A stretch of 64,000 bases of DNA from Minisyncoccota bacterium (GCA_965204115.1 OZ241963.1:596622-660621), one strand, 5' to 3'; shown: positions 49,501-60,461, numbered from the stretch's first letter. Notes: a model not told the origin generated them from the letters alone. A program made the numbers and translations.

Positions 49501-52500
49501 AACTGACGGCATCACCAGGAACACGAATGGTCTGACCATTACCGGATGTGCGGAAACAGACAGCACTGTTGAAATTTTGAAAGACGGAACCTCGTTCAGC
49601 ACAGCGGTAACAGATGTCGCTGACACAACAAATGTGGCATGTAATGGAGGAATGAAACAGTTTTCTGCTGACATCTCACTGGCTGATGGTGACCGAGAGT
49701 ACCTCATTACGGCAAAAGCGACCGATCAATCCGGCAATGTTTCAGATGCCTCGGATGCGCTTACGATAACTATTAAGACCGTTGCGCCGACTATCACTGC
49801 GGCAAATCTTGATCTCGCGACTGATGACGACAGCGGGACGAACACCAGTGATGACATTACTAATAAGAAGACCGATTTGACTATTTCCGGAACGCTTTCC
49901 GGTGCACCGGCAACCGGTGACTATGTGCAGTTGTATGATGGGTCAACGCTGTTAGACGGAGCAACCGACAGCTCATTTACTGGCGCGGACAACAGTTGGA
50001 CTGTTGACATCGCTTTGAGCACAGAAGGGAGGCACACCGTTAATGCGCAGGTGCTTGATGTGGCAGGGAACGAAGGTGCTGCGGTTAACATGACGGTTAC
50101 TATTGACACAACCGGTCCGACCGTATCAGTGACCGAACACATCGCCACCCCGACCAGTGATGCAACCCCTGACATAACCATACGAACCAGCGCGGCAGGA
50201 GAGGTTTCTTTCGGCGGAAAGTGTGCTGACACCAGCGCCAACCCGACACTGCAGACCATCGCCGCAGGTACGCACACGGTAACCTTGCCGGAGCTTGAAA
50301 ACAAAACTTATGATGACTGTGCGGTTATGGTGAAAGATGAGACAGGCAACCTATCCGATGGAGCAACCATCAGAGAGTTTATCGTGGACAACACACCACC
50401 GACCATCGTCTCTGCGGCAGTGAATAATGCTGTGCGAACTGAGACGAAGGTAACCTTCAACGAGCGAGTGTATGCGCCGACTGCGCCTTCTGCAGGTGAT
50501 TTCCGCCTTGAGATTGGTGGTATCACTTACGCTGATTTAGTAACCGGTATTTCCGGTATTGCGAGTACGAAAGTGTCCGCGAGCCAATCGCTCATCCTGA
50601 CACACAGCGAACTTCCGACCGGCGATGTTGCGGTGAAGTATGTGAAGGGGACCAATCACATTTTTGACCAAATCGGCAACACCCTGGAGACTACTACTGA
50701 GAGTATTCCTATTGTCGCGACGCAGTTTGCTCTTGTGGCATTGCATGCGAATGACGACACCGGTCCTGACACCACTGACGGCGTCACCCGATTTGACGGA
50801 GACGAGGTTACCCTCACGATTTCTCTGAACACCGGCACCTACACCAATGGTGATCGTGTGCGGGTATTTATGGGGAGCAGCACCACAGCAGTCGTTTCTT
50901 ACACCATTAGTGACAGCATTCGAGGAGCCCAGTATATTGATGCGGCTGATGATGCGAGCTTTGACATCACGCTACCGAAGAGCAGGTTCCGCGTTGGTGC
51001 GAATACGATGAGTGCTACCTACGCAAAGGTCGGCAGTATTGAAGGCGGTCGGGGAGCAGTCACCACTATTACCTACGACACGACTGCGCCGACTGTACGA
51101 GTGCGTAGTCCGAATACCAGTGTTGCGACACAAAAAGAGGTGAGCGCGACTGATAACGAGAGCGGCACCACAGTGTGGAAGTATAAAGCACTGACCAACG
51201 CTGTAGAGTTGTGTAACGAAGCAACCATGGCAACCGAAACAACCGCATACACTGAAGGCGAAGCACTTACCTTCACCGAGACGGCTAACAACGGCAACAG
51301 AATCTGTTTTGCCTCGGAAGATGGCGCAGGCAACATTGGTTACAATGTTTCCAACGCACTGAGCGGTATTGATGGCGGTGCACCGACAGTAACCTCTGTT
51401 GTTGCGACCTCCACAGACGGACGCGTTATGCGCGTGACGCTGAATGAGCGGGTGTACGCGTCAACCGCACCGGCACTGAGCGACTTCAAGGTAGTTGTGG
51501 GCAGTGATGAATACTCAATTGTTGGTATTACTGATCTTGCCACCAGTGTGGGTAGCGCGAAGGAAACCTTCACCATCACCCTGCCTTCTTTTGCAAGCGA
51601 TGTACAAATGACGCTGAAGTATACTGCGGGTACGAACACTATCAAGGATGTTGTCGGCAACCCGTTGGCGAGCTTCACCGGACAGGCAATTAATAATGTA
51701 AAACTTATCTCACTTACTTTGGATGCAGATGACGACACCGGTCCTGACACCACTGACGGCATCACTCGATTTGACGGAGAAGAGGTTACGCTGGTCGTTT
51801 CACTCAATGAGGGAACTTTCAGTAACGGTGACATGGTGCGATTGTTTGTGGGGAACAGCTCGACTCCTATACGGTCCTACACTATTAGCAACCTCTTGAC
51901 CGCTTCAATCTACAAGAACGCGACCGGCAAGACCAGTTTCACTATTGACCTGCCGAAACGAATATTCTTCAGAGGGGTGACCAACCTTTCTGCGTCTTAC
52001 ACGCCAAGTGGCAGCACCGAGGGAGCGCGTGGCGGTATACTTGCTATCACCTATGACACAGCCGGACCGAGAATCACTGTGCGAAATCCGGATGGTCTGT
52101 CGGCACAACGAAAGACCGTCAGCGCGATAGACAGCGATTCAACCGCGACGGTGTGGCAGTACAAGAAGATTTCCGGGACAGCCGTGTGTGAGGAGGGCTC
52201 GATGACTGATGCGACCTCTTACACTGAAGATTCAAGGAATCTTGTGTTCAGCAGTGAGGATGATAACGGTATGAAAATTTGTTTCTCCTCAACTGATATT
52301 GCAGGGAACACCTCCTACCAATCATCGTATGCGTTGAGCGGTATTGACACGACCGTGCCGACTGTTTCCGGTGTGTCTATCACCACAACTTCACGCACTA
52401 CAACAGAGATTACCTTCTCTGAGCCGGTATATGCCGCAACAGCGATTAGTCCGACCGACTTCAGTATTACTTCCGGACAGGGTGGTCAGCATGTGATTAC

Positions 52501-55500
52501 CGGAGTTACCCGATTGGGAACCACCGCTGCTGCTGCGAGCTCGTCAATTACTCTGAGTCACACGCCGATTGCTGAGACAGCGACAATCAGTTTGAACTAT
52601 GTTAAGGGCAGCACCGCTATCCTTGACGCTGCGGGGAACACACTCGCAAGCTTTACCGAGTCAGTGGCGAATACTCCGTTTGCAGCCCTTGCGCTTGACG
52701 CAGGAGATGATACGGGTACACGAGATGACGATGACATCACCATGTTTGACGGCGATGAGGTGAGCTTCACCGTTTCTCTCACGAGCGGCACCTTCTCTGT
52801 CGGTGATCAGGTGAAAATCTATAAGGAAGGGGAGTCGTCTCCGCTGAAGAGTGTTATTATCGCTTCTGCGGGTGCGAACACCGTGAACGCCAGCGGCAAA
52901 ACCTCGTTCTCTCTCACCCTTGCGAAGCGTCTGTTTACCGAAGGTTCGGTTACGCTATACGCAAACTACGCGCCGGTCAGCCGTATTGTTCCGACAAAGA
53001 ACGGTATTGATTTCTCCTTTGTCTATGACAAGACAGCACCAATTGTGACCGTTACCAACCCAACCGATGTTTCTGTGGCGAAGAGCAAGCGAGTGAGTGC
53101 TGCGGATAACGATTCATCTGAGACTGCGTGGCAGTACAAGGTGGTTGACGAAGATGTGGCGTGTGATGCTTCCGCAATTGCTACGGATGCGACTGACTAC
53201 ACAGAAGGAAGCGTACTTGACCTTACCGACAATGATCTGAACGGCAAGAAAGTGTGTTTCTCCTCAACTGATGTTGCAGGCAATGTTACCTACGCTGTAT
53301 CTGATGTACTGCAAGGTGTTGACAGTGTTGCGCCGACAGTAGATTCAGCTGCGATTGAAAACTATGAGCGAACGAACACCGTGATTACCTTTAGTGAGCG
53401 TGTGTATGCTTCCTCAGACCTTTCTCCGTCTGCATTCAGTATTGAGATTGGTGATACCGGACACCACTACCGAGTTTCCACTATTCAGAGTTTGCCGACA
53501 AATGCTCGAGCAGCAAGCAAGACATTTACACTTGTTCACCCTGCTGTGAGTGGTGATATATCACTGCGCATTGTCTACACTCCGGGTACCGGGACGATAC
53601 AGGATATCGCCGGCAACACGCTTGCAGGATTCACGCAGAATATTGCAACCGCCTCGTTCATCACCCTTGATCTTGCTGATGAGGACGACACCGGTCGTGA
53701 CACGACTGACAACCACACACAATTAGTAGATGGTTCCACCGTCTCACTGACTGTTTCGCTTACCAATGCCGCGACCTTCTCTAACAGCGATGTGGTAACC
53801 CTGTATCGCGGCGAGAGTCACAGTGTTGTAAAGCGTCTCACGGTCAGCACCTTCCCATCACAAGATTCAGTAAACGCGAACGGAGCATCCTCATTTAAGG
53901 TTGAGATTCCGAAGAGTGTGTTTGATCAGAATGGAGCAACCCTGCTTTCTGCTGGTTACGCGCCATTCGGTAATACTGCCCTGAACAAGATTGGTGGTTT
54001 CCTGCAGGTGACAGTTGATACTACCGCTCCTCGCATCAGCGTAACTGATCCACAAGAGGGTTCTGCGCTTCGAAAGACTGTTCGTGCGACCGGCGTTGAC
54101 ACAACAGATCTGGAGTGGAAGCACGCTATTATTCAAAGCGGTGTAGTATGTGATGCTGACGCGCTGCGAAGCGGAGAAGAGTATACCGAAGGAAACGATG
54201 TTGTGTTTGACACCGAAGACAGCAATGGTATGAAAGCGTGTTTCTCAGCAACTGACCTTGCCGGTAACACCACCTACGAAAGCTCTCTAACAATCACCGG
54301 AATTGACGCTGCAGTCCCGACGGTATCAAGCGTAGCGGTAACCGGGGAAAGTGTCCTGACGGTTACGATGTCTGAGCCGGTATACTCGGCTGAGGGCCCT
54401 GATGCTAATGACTTTGTTGTGTTCATCAATAACTCACCCGCTCTCACGGATACCGTTTCCGGTATTCCTCTGACTGCTGCTCAGGCTGCTCGTCAGTTCA
54501 CCATTACTGTTGTCGACAGCTTCAAAGCGAATGATGTCATTGCGCTCTCGTATGTCGGCAGCTCACGATCCAGCGACAATGAGCTGATTAAGGACACCAT
54601 CGGCAATGCACTCGCATCATTTGACAAGATTTCGGTAACGCTTCCTGCAACAGCGGTTCTCACGCTTGATCCGAGGTATGACACCGGAAGTGATAACAGT
54701 GACGGCTTGACCAACTTTGGTGACGGTACTGATGCTAAGTTTGTCATTACCCTGAGTTCCGGCGTATTCCGAGCCGGTGACTGGGTGCGGATTTACCTCA
54801 ACAGTGAAAACAGTCCGCTCGTTAACACACGGATTGGTATTCGGGAGGGTGAAATAGACGCGCGAGGACAAACCTCACTCACCGTAACGATACCGAAGCA
54901 GCGGTTTACGCGAGAGGAGACACTCACCTTACGCGCAACCCACACCGCGCAGTTGCAGCGGGAAGGATTGCCGAGCGCGCCACTGACCATTACCTATGAC
55001 ACGACTGCACCGGACATCACGGTTGTTAGTCCGAACACAGAGGTAGCAAAGTCTAAGGTGGTACGCGCACGGGACGGAGACACAGTAGAAACCGTTTGGC
55101 TGTACAAGCAGATTTCAAGCGGTGCGAAGTGTAACGCCGACCAAATGGCAAGCGACACACAAGCGTACACCGAAGGCGATGAGATTTCCTTCACGAGCGA
55201 GGATGACAACAATACCAAGGTCTGCTTCTCAGCAACGGATGTTGCCGGCAATGTCGGCTACGAGCGATCATCGGTACTGCGAAACATTGACACAACTGCC
55301 GCTGTGATTACCGTCGTTGATCCGACTGCTAACCCCGCACAGACAAAGGTTGTAAGTGCGACTGACGGCGACACAGAAGCGACGACTTGGACCTACAAGC
55401 AGATTGCGGGAGATGTCTCCTGTGATAAGGCCACGATGGCGAGCGGTACGAAGGCATACACCGAAGGCGATGCAATAGAATTCACTGAAGAATCTGACAA

Positions 55501-58432
55501 CGGTACCAAGATTTGCTTCTCTTCCACAGATGGTATCGGTCTCGTGTCCTATCAAGCATCAGCGGTATTAGCGGGCATTGATCGAACGGCTGTTGAAGAT
55601 GTTGTTATTGACATCTTGGGTACTACCAGCGACTTGTTGCCTCCGGATGCTGATCCGGTACGGTATGCGCGAGCGAAGGTTGTGCGCGCGAGCGACAACG
55701 AGGCAACGAAGACAACCTGGGCGTACAAGCAAATTATGAAGAGCGATGCATGTAACGAAGCGCAGATGCAGCAAGACACGAAGGAGTATGTTGAGGGCGC
55801 GAACATTGTCTTTGACAGTGAGAGCGACAACGACACCAAGGTCTGTTTCGCTATCACCGATAATGTCGGTAACACGGTCTATCGTGAGTCCGCTCTTATC
55901 ACCGGTATTGACACGACGGTTTCAGCCATCATCATTACCAAGACAGCTGATGCGGTACAAGCAAGAGATGCCGACACTGCTGACGCTGAGTGGAAGTACA
56001 AGAAGATTGGCGGAGATCTCGCCTGTGATGCCGGAGAGATGGCAAACGGCGCGCAGCCGTACACCGAAGGAACTGCAGTTGCGATAACCGATAGTGAAGA
56101 CAACGGTAAGAAGGTCTGTTTCTCGGTGACTGACACAGCGGGCAACACTGCGTACCGGGCATCTGAAACGATATCATCTATTGCCACCACTACCAGCGCA
56201 TGGATTGATCCGGCACTGGGAGGAGGCGAGGATGTCGCTTGGGCGAAGGCGAAAGCGGTTGTCGGTACTGACGGTAATAACACAAAGACCGTGTGGTACT
56301 ACAGGCAAATTGCCGGCGATGCTGCCTGTGATGCCTCAATGGGCATAGAGACAGCAACATCGTATGTTGAAGGCATGCCAATTGTCCTTCGAAAAGAATC
56401 TGATAACGGCACAAAGATTTGCTTCCTCTCGGTGGATCAGGAAGGAAAGGTAACGGCGGCTTCCTCTGAGATTGTTACCGGTATTGACACCACTGCGCCG
56501 ACCATTAGTATCACCGACGCGGAGTCCGGTGCAGCGCAGGAGAAAGTGTTGCGTGCTGCCGACCATGACACTGCTGAGACTGCGTGGACATACAAGCAGA
56601 TTGCAGGAGGTGCCACTTGTGATGCCAACCAGATGAGTGCAGGTGCGCAGCCGTACACTGAAAACACCGATCTCACCTTCACGAAGGAGAGTGATAACGG
56701 CACCAAGGTCTGCTTCTCAGCGATGGATATTGCCGGCAATACTGTCTACCGGGTATCCGATGTGCTTGACGGCATTGACGCAACCATACCGACTGTTTCC
56801 TCTGCGACACTTGTTGATGTGAGGCGTACACAGACCAAGGTTGTGGTAGCGGACTTGGTAAGCTCTTTCGGTGATTTCTCAGCAGAGAACTTTATCGTAG
56901 AGATTGACAGTGCGGAGTACCCGGTTACGAAAGTATCCCGCTTTGAGCAGTCCGAGACTGCCCGACAGACCTCATTTACGCTTACGCACGCGGCGATTGT
57001 GCAGGGTGCTTCCGCGACACTGTCCTACACGGCAGGTAATGACGGCGGTATCGCTGACTCAGTGGGGAATCGATTGGAAAGCTTCAGTAAGGTCATCTTT
57101 GATAAGTCGTTTGTCGCACTTTCACTTGATCCGAAGGATGACACTGGTGTGAGTACCACTGACGGTATTACCCGATTCGGTGACGACGACGAAGTTTCCC
57201 TGATTGCAACTATCAGCGAAGGAACGTTCTCAAATGGCGATAAGGTATCCCTGTATGTGAAAGGGCGAGCAAGCTTCCTGAAGAGAGTGCTGATCAGCGG
57301 TGCTATCGTAGGTGCGACTGACGCACACGGCGAAACCTCAATCACGCTCACCGTACCGAAGAGCATCTTTGTCGCCGGCACAGAGACCACGCTGTACACC
57401 GTGTTCACTCCGGCTGACGGCAGCAATGCCACCGGACAGAGAGGTTCTGACTTTGTCATCGCTTACCACAAGACCGTTCCGCATGTTACCGTTACTACTG
57501 ATTCAGTCAGTGCGGCGATGGTAACCGTGGAGGCATCTGACACACACGATGCGGATGAGACGATATGGCAGTATGCGCAGATTGCAGCTGACGCTGAATG
57601 TGATGCCTCAGCACTGACTAACGCTTCGGTCTACACAGAGGGCGATGTTATCTCCTTCACCGATGAAGAGAGTAACGGCACAAAGGTGTGTTTTGCCGCT
57701 GCTGATGCTGCTGGTAATGCCGCGTATGCTGCTTCTGAGGTGATTGCCATTGATCTGACAGCGCCGGCTATTACCATCCAGCCGATTACCAGCGAGCGTG
57801 AGGCATCAAAGACCATCCGTGCGACTGACAATGATGATGAGAAGACCGTATGGAAGTATCGTGTGATTACGGCGGACACGACCTGTGACGAGGACGCGAT
57901 GCGTGTTAAAACCGGATCGTACACAGAGGGAACCGGCCTGCGGTTCACCAAGGAGCGAGCGAACGGCCACAAGGTCTGCTTCTCCTCAACTGATGAAGCA
58001 GGGAATGTACTGTATGCCGCTTCAATGGTTATGCGTGGTATTGATGTGAGCGCGCCGAGTATCACTATTACCATGACCGGTACTAAGGAAAAGGTTGTTC
58101 GCGCACGCGACACCGAAACCAGCGGAAGCACGGTGTGGCAATATCGGGTGATTAAAGGAAACGCCGCTTGTGCTCGAGAGATGATGGAAGGGAAGTCCCG
58201 CGCGTACCGCGAAGGTTCCGGCTTGGTCTTCCGAAAAGCGCAGGCAAACGGTCACAAGGTTTGTTTCTCAGCGAAAGACAGTGTTGGTAACGTGTCCTAT
58301 GAGGACTCACCGGTAATGCTGGGAATCGGTGCGGTGAATACACGCACACCTTCTACGGTTCGCCCGCTGCCATTAGACCTTAAATCACCACTGACTCCGG
58401 CACCGAACAGTCCCTTGACACCGATTCAGTAA
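46508..58432 (+). CDS. Giant (3974 aa) secreted Ig-like repeat surface protein/adhesin
   Basis: N-terminal signal/TM; many DTTAP and D.AGN Ig-like units; DDTG...DG.T motifs; 14 Cys-paired repeats. Confidence 0.9.
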   Translation: MNTIIQILKTNKQKITYLILSGMLMVSFVTLVSTVPVVDAVAPSIAITFSDADADNDDTDDATTKTREKTVTASDSANNAGTTWKHKILADAETCDAAEMADGTRTGNTIRMSSESTYNNRKICFEATNGSDVEYQDTALITGIDRQRPNQPTGITLAASDDTGSSTTDGLTQSTRDLTITGCAETDSTVTLLVDNQPFNPAETGTANGSACTASGTSEFSIDIDLAERARAYKISATATDAAGNVSSRSSSSENATIIVDTTAPTVALTHKLTGGVVGEGGDYNHLTYLNAGDTIAVTMTFTEANGMSEEISARPTVTFYGSSGVLGGITSLGTDTPTATGNTKVATYTVSGTETVAAGNLKYDITNEASIVDKAGNVLATQEEKVIANTIIDTTAPTVGNIAFTTTNSNNGQAAESDEITATMTFSEKVSEKVSNTGIFYRLGTSGAGKRFSFASGRNFISGQCQETSTANQYVCKYTVEQGDAGVFQVSVDKFADYAGNAGTKAGFVGEIMTDTGATAPTAITLKRGIKNRDKNIAPTFVVTVGENGGTVTLYEDSDCSTEVSGAEPVDDTRSPYTVEIVTNDYEDDGSDDGLKTIYAEHTDDASNTSGCSTAYGSYTLDTSSPLVDESETGYYSDASVTQLISLTDGKGRVAAGNNIYTKVVFDEEVRYRPGSSASALPEIKYTIGDNEHRYRIVSYNSTLSGGRCKPTSSNNISDTYICQYRVRSNDVGTFAVVVDTATEDLLEHTLEETYTHADSIMLDNTAPAKPSALDLSADDDSGNITDDNVTNKVNNLTIEGCAETDSSVQLYANGVSITGATDTANDAGHTCDTDDNGFSIDISLTEGTQRITAKATDDSGNTSAASDALVIIVDTTAPTAALTGMPTGTNNVDVLDVTVAGTDVTHYQHEVLNGTSCANANYSGGDTDGTAIADKITDSIPTRDGSIILCVVGRDKAGNWQTKANATTATWTRDRTGPAKPTGLTLDAADDTGLLATDGITRNTNGLTITGCAETDSTVEILKDGTSFSTAVTDVADTTNVACNGGMKQFSADISLADGDREYLITAKATDQSGNVSDASDALTITIKTVAPTITAANLDLATDDDSGTNTSDDITNKKTDLTISGTLSGAPATGDYVQLYDGSTLLDGATDSSFTGADNSWTVDIALSTEGRHTVNAQVLDVAGNEGAAVNMTVTIDTTGPTVSVTEHIATPTSDATPDITIRTSAAGEVSFGGKCADTSANPTLQTIAAGTHTVTLPELENKTYDDCAVMVKDETGNLSDGATIREFIVDNTPPTIVSAAVNNAVRTETKVTFNERVYAPTAPSAGDFRLEIGGITYADLVTGISGIASTKVSASQSLILTHSELPTGDVAVKYVKGTNHIFDQIGNTLETTTESIPIVATQFALVALHANDDTGPDTTDGVTRFDGDEVTLTISLNTGTYTNGDRVRVFMGSSTTAVVSYTISDSIRGAQYIDAADDASFDITLPKSRFRVGANTMSATYAKVGSIEGGRGAVTTITYDTTAPTVRVRSPNTSVATQKEVSATDNESGTTVWKYKALTNAVELCNEATMATETTAYTEGEALTFTETANNGNRICFASEDGAGNIGYNVSNALSGIDGGAPTVTSVVATSTDGRVMRVTLNERVYASTAPALSDFKVVVGSDEYSIVGITDLATSVGSAKETFTITLPSFASDVQMTLKYTAGTNTIKDVVGNPLASFTGQAINNVKLISLTLDADDDTGPDTTDGITRFDGEEVTLVVSLNEGTFSNGDMVRLFVGNSSTPIRSYTISNLLTASIYKNATGKTSFTIDLPKRIFFRGVTNLSASYTPSGSTEGARGGILAITYDTAGPRITVRNPDGLSAQRKTVSAIDSDSTATVWQYKKISGTAVCEEGSMTDATSYTEDSRNLVFSSEDDNGMKICFSSTDIAGNTSYQSSYALSGIDTTVPTVSGVSITTTSRTTTEITFSEPVYAATAISPTDFSITSGQGGQHVITGVTRLGTTAAAASSSITLSHTPIAETATISLNYVKGSTAILDAAGNTLASFTESVANTPFAALALDAGDDTGTRDDDDITMFDGDEVSFTVSLTSGTFSVGDQVKIYKEGESSPLKSVIIASAGANTVNASGKTSFSLTLAKRLFTEGSVTLYANYAPVSRIVPTKNGIDFSFVYDKTAPIVTVTNPTDVSVAKSKRVSAADNDSSETAWQYKVVDEDVACDASAIATDATDYTEGSVLDLTDNDLNGKKVCFSSTDVAGNVTYAVSDVLQGVDSVAPTVDSAAIENYERTNTVITFSERVYASSDLSPSAFSIEIGDTGHHYRVSTIQSLPTNARAASKTFTLVHPAVSGDISLRIVYTPGTGTIQDIAGNTLAGFTQNIATASFITLDLADEDDTGRDTTDNHTQLVDGSTVSLTVSLTNAATFSNSDVVTLYRGESHSVVKRLTVSTFPSQDSVNANGASSFKVEIPKSVFDQNGATLLSAGYAPFGNTALNKIGGFLQVTVDTTAPRISVTDPQEGSALRKTVRATGVDTTDLEWKHAIIQSGVVCDADALRSGEEYTEGNDVVFDTEDSNGMKACFSATDLAGNTTYESSLTITGIDAAVPTVSSVAVTGESVLTVTMSEPVYSAEGPDANDFVVFINNSPALTDTVSGIPLTAAQAARQFTITVVDSFKANDVIALSYVGSSRSSDNELIKDTIGNALASFDKISVTLPATAVLTLDPRYDTGSDNSDGLTNFGDGTDAKFVITLSSGVFRAGDWVRIYLNSENSPLVNTRIGIREGEIDARGQTSLTVTIPKQRFTREETLTLRATHTAQLQREGLPSAPLTITYDTTAPDITVVSPNTEVAKSKVVRARDGDTVETVWLYKQISSGAKCNADQMASDTQAYTEGDEISFTSEDDNNTKVCFSATDVAGNVGYERSSVLRNIDTTAAVITVVDPTANPAQTKVVSATDGDTEATTWTYKQIAGDVSCDKATMASGTKAYTEGDAIEFTEESDNGTKICFSSTDGIGLVSYQASAVLAGIDRTAVEDVVIDILGTTSDLLPPDADPVRYARAKVVRASDNEATKTTWAYKQIMKSDACNEAQMQQDTKEYVEGANIVFDSESDNDTKVCFAITDNVGNTVYRESALITGIDTTVSAIIITKTADAVQARDADTADAEWKYKKIGGDLACDAGEMANGAQPYTEGTAVAITDSEDNGKKVCFSVTDTAGNTAYRASETISSIATTTSAWIDPALGGGEDVAWAKAKAVVGTDGNNTKTVWYYRQIAGDAACDASMGIETATSYVEGMPIVLRKESDNGTKICFLSVDQEGKVTAASSEIVTGIDTTAPTISITDAESGAAQEKVLRAADHDTAETAWTYKQIAGGATCDANQMSAGAQPYTENTDLTFTKESDNGTKVCFSAMDIAGNTVYRVSDVLDGIDATIPTVSSATLVDVRRTQTKVVVADLVSSFGDFSAENFIVEIDSAEYPVTKVSRFEQSETARQTSFTLTHAAIVQGASATLSYTAGNDGGIADSVGNRLESFSKVIFDKSFVALSLDPKDDTGVSTTDGITRFGDDDEVSLIATISEGTFSNGDKVSLYVKGRASFLKRVLISGAIVGATDAHGETSITLTVPKSIFVAGTETTLYTVFTPADGSNATGQRGSDFVIAYHKTVPHVTVTTDSVSAAMVTVEASDTHDADETIWQYAQIAADAECDASALTNASVYTEGDVISFTDEESNGTKVCFAAADAAGNAAYAASEVIAIDLTAPAITIQPITSEREASKTIRATDNDDEKTVWKYRVITADTTCDEDAMRVKTGSYTEGTGLRFTKERANGHKVCFSSTDEAGNVLYAASMVMRGIDVSAPSITITMTGTKEKVVRARDTETSGSTVWQYRVIKGNAACAREMMEGKSRAYREGSGLVFRKAQANGHKVCFSAKDSVGNVSYEDSPVMLGIGAVNTRTPSTVRPLPLDLKSPLTPAPNSPLTPIQ

Positions 58433-58457
58433 TATAGCGTGGCACTATATCCACAGA

Positions 58458-58495
58458 CAACCCTGTCCGTTCTGGACGGGGTTGCTTGTTTTTTG
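58458..58495 (+). terminator. Intrinsic terminator after the giant gene
   Basis: CAACCCTGTCC-GTTCT-GGACGGGGTTG followed by CTTGTTTTTT. Confidence 0.75.
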
Positions 58496-58574
58496 TATAC
58501 TATAGTATGGTGAAAGACACCATATCCATTTCTGATTTCCATTGTTTTGATAGCTATTAGAAAAGGAGAAATAT

Positions 58575-59102
58575 ATGCATAACACCGCTGTGATTTTCTA
58601 TGTGAGCGATAAAAGGTTTCAACCTGTGCAACCCCAAGAAGTTTCTCTTGATATGGGGGGAAAGGCTGAACCCTTACCGACAGATTTCCCGGCAAGTTTA
58701 AGTACGCTGCACCGCAGAGTGCAGAACCGGCTTCGTTGGGAAGAAGTGTCGCTGGAGTATCGATTTGCTTCAGATCCGGCATTTGATGTATTTTCTTTTG
58801 TTCCGCAAGAATTGAAAGAGCAGGATCTTCAGGGTGGTCAGCCTGCCCTCCTGAAAGATTGTTGCCGACTCTTAGGAGCAGCAGGAGAAATACTTCTGAA
58901 GGTTCAGCGGCGGGAGGTTTTATATGTTCATAACAGCAAGGAAATAGTTTTACAGGAGGGCATGTCTGTTCGCGATGCAATGCGGCAGTGTGTAGATGAC
59001 CCGGTATATGCCGTTCTCTACTGTCAATACCTGTGTGGGAATTTGATGGCCGCTATCCTGCACATTGACAGAGCAGGGAAAGCCCTGCAGGTACCGGAGT
59101 AG
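58575..59102 (+). CDS. Orphan protein (175 aa) with SD
   Basis: AAGGAG 6 nt before ATG after an AT-rich leader; no recognised motif. Confidence 0.55.
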   Translation: MHNTAVIFYVSDKRFQPVQPQEVSLDMGGKAEPLPTDFPASLSTLHRRVQNRLRWEEVSLEYRFASDPAFDVFSFVPQELKEQDLQGGQPALLKDCCRLLGAAGEILLKVQRREVLYVHNSKEIVLQEGMSVRDAMRQCVDDPVYAVLYCQYLCGNLMAAILHIDRAGKALQVPE

Positions 59103-59183
59103 TTTTTTCCTGATACACGGCATTTTTTGTCCCGTGGCGCGTTGGCGCCACGGGATATTTTCTTGTGTGTTATACTTCCTATA

Positions 59184-60461
59184 ATGTTAGATATTGCGTT
59201 TATTTTGGAGAATAAAGATATTGTGCGGACGGCGATAGAGAACAAAGGGAAAGAGCCGGTTGATCTTGACCGCATTGAGACGCTGTATACCAAGCGAACT
59301 GAGCTCGTCGGGGCTATTGGTGAGAGCAACCGACAGAGAAAGGAGGCGGCGGCTGCGCGGGATGCCGCACGGGGCTCTGCGCTGAAACAGCAGCTTGCCA
59401 CGATGGAAGATGAGCTGCGCTCCGTTACCAAAGAGCTGACTGATACGGTTGCCGCTATTCCCAATATTCCTTCGCCTGATGTGCCGGTTGGCGCGGATGA
59501 AAGCGGTAATGTGGTGGTGCGTCAGTGGGGTGAGAAGCCCGCATTCACCTTTCAGCCGAAGGCACACTGGGACCTCGGGAAAGAGCGTGGGCTTATTGAC
59601 AGCGAGCGAGCGGCAAAGGTTTCCGGTTCGCGATTTACCTACCTTAAAGGCGGGCTTGTGTTCCTGCAGTTTGCTCTTATCCAGTGGGTTTTGGCGACGG
59701 TAGTTGATGAAGCCGTTATAGGGGAAGTCATCACGAAAAACGAACTCGCCGTGCCGGACAAGCCATTTGTGCCGGTACTGCCGCCGGTGATGATCACGCC
59801 GGAAATGTTCTTCGGCATGGCGCGTCTTGAGCCGAGAGAGGAGCGATACTATATCCCCGATGATAATTTATTTTTGATCGGGAGCGCGGAGCACACGCTC
59901 GGCTCTATGCATGCCGGTGAGCAGTTTGCCGAGGCGGAGTTGCCATTGCGCTATATCGGCTACTCAACCTCGTTTCGTCGGGAAGCCGGATCGTATGGAA
60001 AAGACACGAAGGGAATCCTGCGTCAGCACCAGTTTGATAAACTTGAATTTCAATCCTTCACGGTGGGGGAGAAATCAAAGCCGGAGCAGGATCTTTTGGT
60101 CGCGCTGCAGGAACACCTTATGCAGCAGTTGAATCTCCCGTATCAGGTGGTTGCGGTGTGTACCGGTGATATGGGCGGACCCGATGTGCGGCAGATAGAT
60201 ATTGAGGCATGGATGCCCGGACAGGACACCTATCGCGAAACCCACTCCGCCGACCTGATGGGGGAGTATCAAACCCGCCGGCTCGGGACAAAGGTGAAGC
60301 GGGACTCCGGTGAGAAAGAGTTTGTTCACACCAACGACGCGACGGCGTTTGCGCTGGGGCGAACCCTCATTGCGATTATAGAAAACAACCAGCAGGAAGA
60401 CGGGACGATTGCTGTTCCTGAAGTGCTGCAGCCCTATATGAACAACACAAAACATATATAG
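59184..60461 (+). CDS. serS: Seryl-tRNA synthetase
   Basis: MLDI.FI, IPNIPSPDVPVG, LIGSAE, FRREAGSYGKDTKGILRQHQFDKLE. Confidence 0.96.
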   Translation: MLDIAFILENKDIVRTAIENKGKEPVDLDRIETLYTKRTELVGAIGESNRQRKEAAAARDAARGSALKQQLATMEDELRSVTKELTDTVAAIPNIPSPDVPVGADESGNVVVRQWGEKPAFTFQPKAHWDLGKERGLIDSERAAKVSGSRFTYLKGGLVFLQFALIQWVLATVVDEAVIGEVITKNELAVPDKPFVPVLPPVMITPEMFFGMARLEPREERYYIPDDNLFLIGSAEHTLGSMHAGEQFAEAELPLRYIGYSTSFRREAGSYGKDTKGILRQHQFDKLEFQSFTVGEKSKPEQDLLVALQEHLMQQLNLPYQVVAVCTGDMGGPDVRQIDIEAWMPGQDTYRETHSADLMGEYQTRRLGTKVKRDSGEKEFVHTNDATAFALGRTLIAIIENNQQEDGTIAVPEVLQPYMNNTKHI

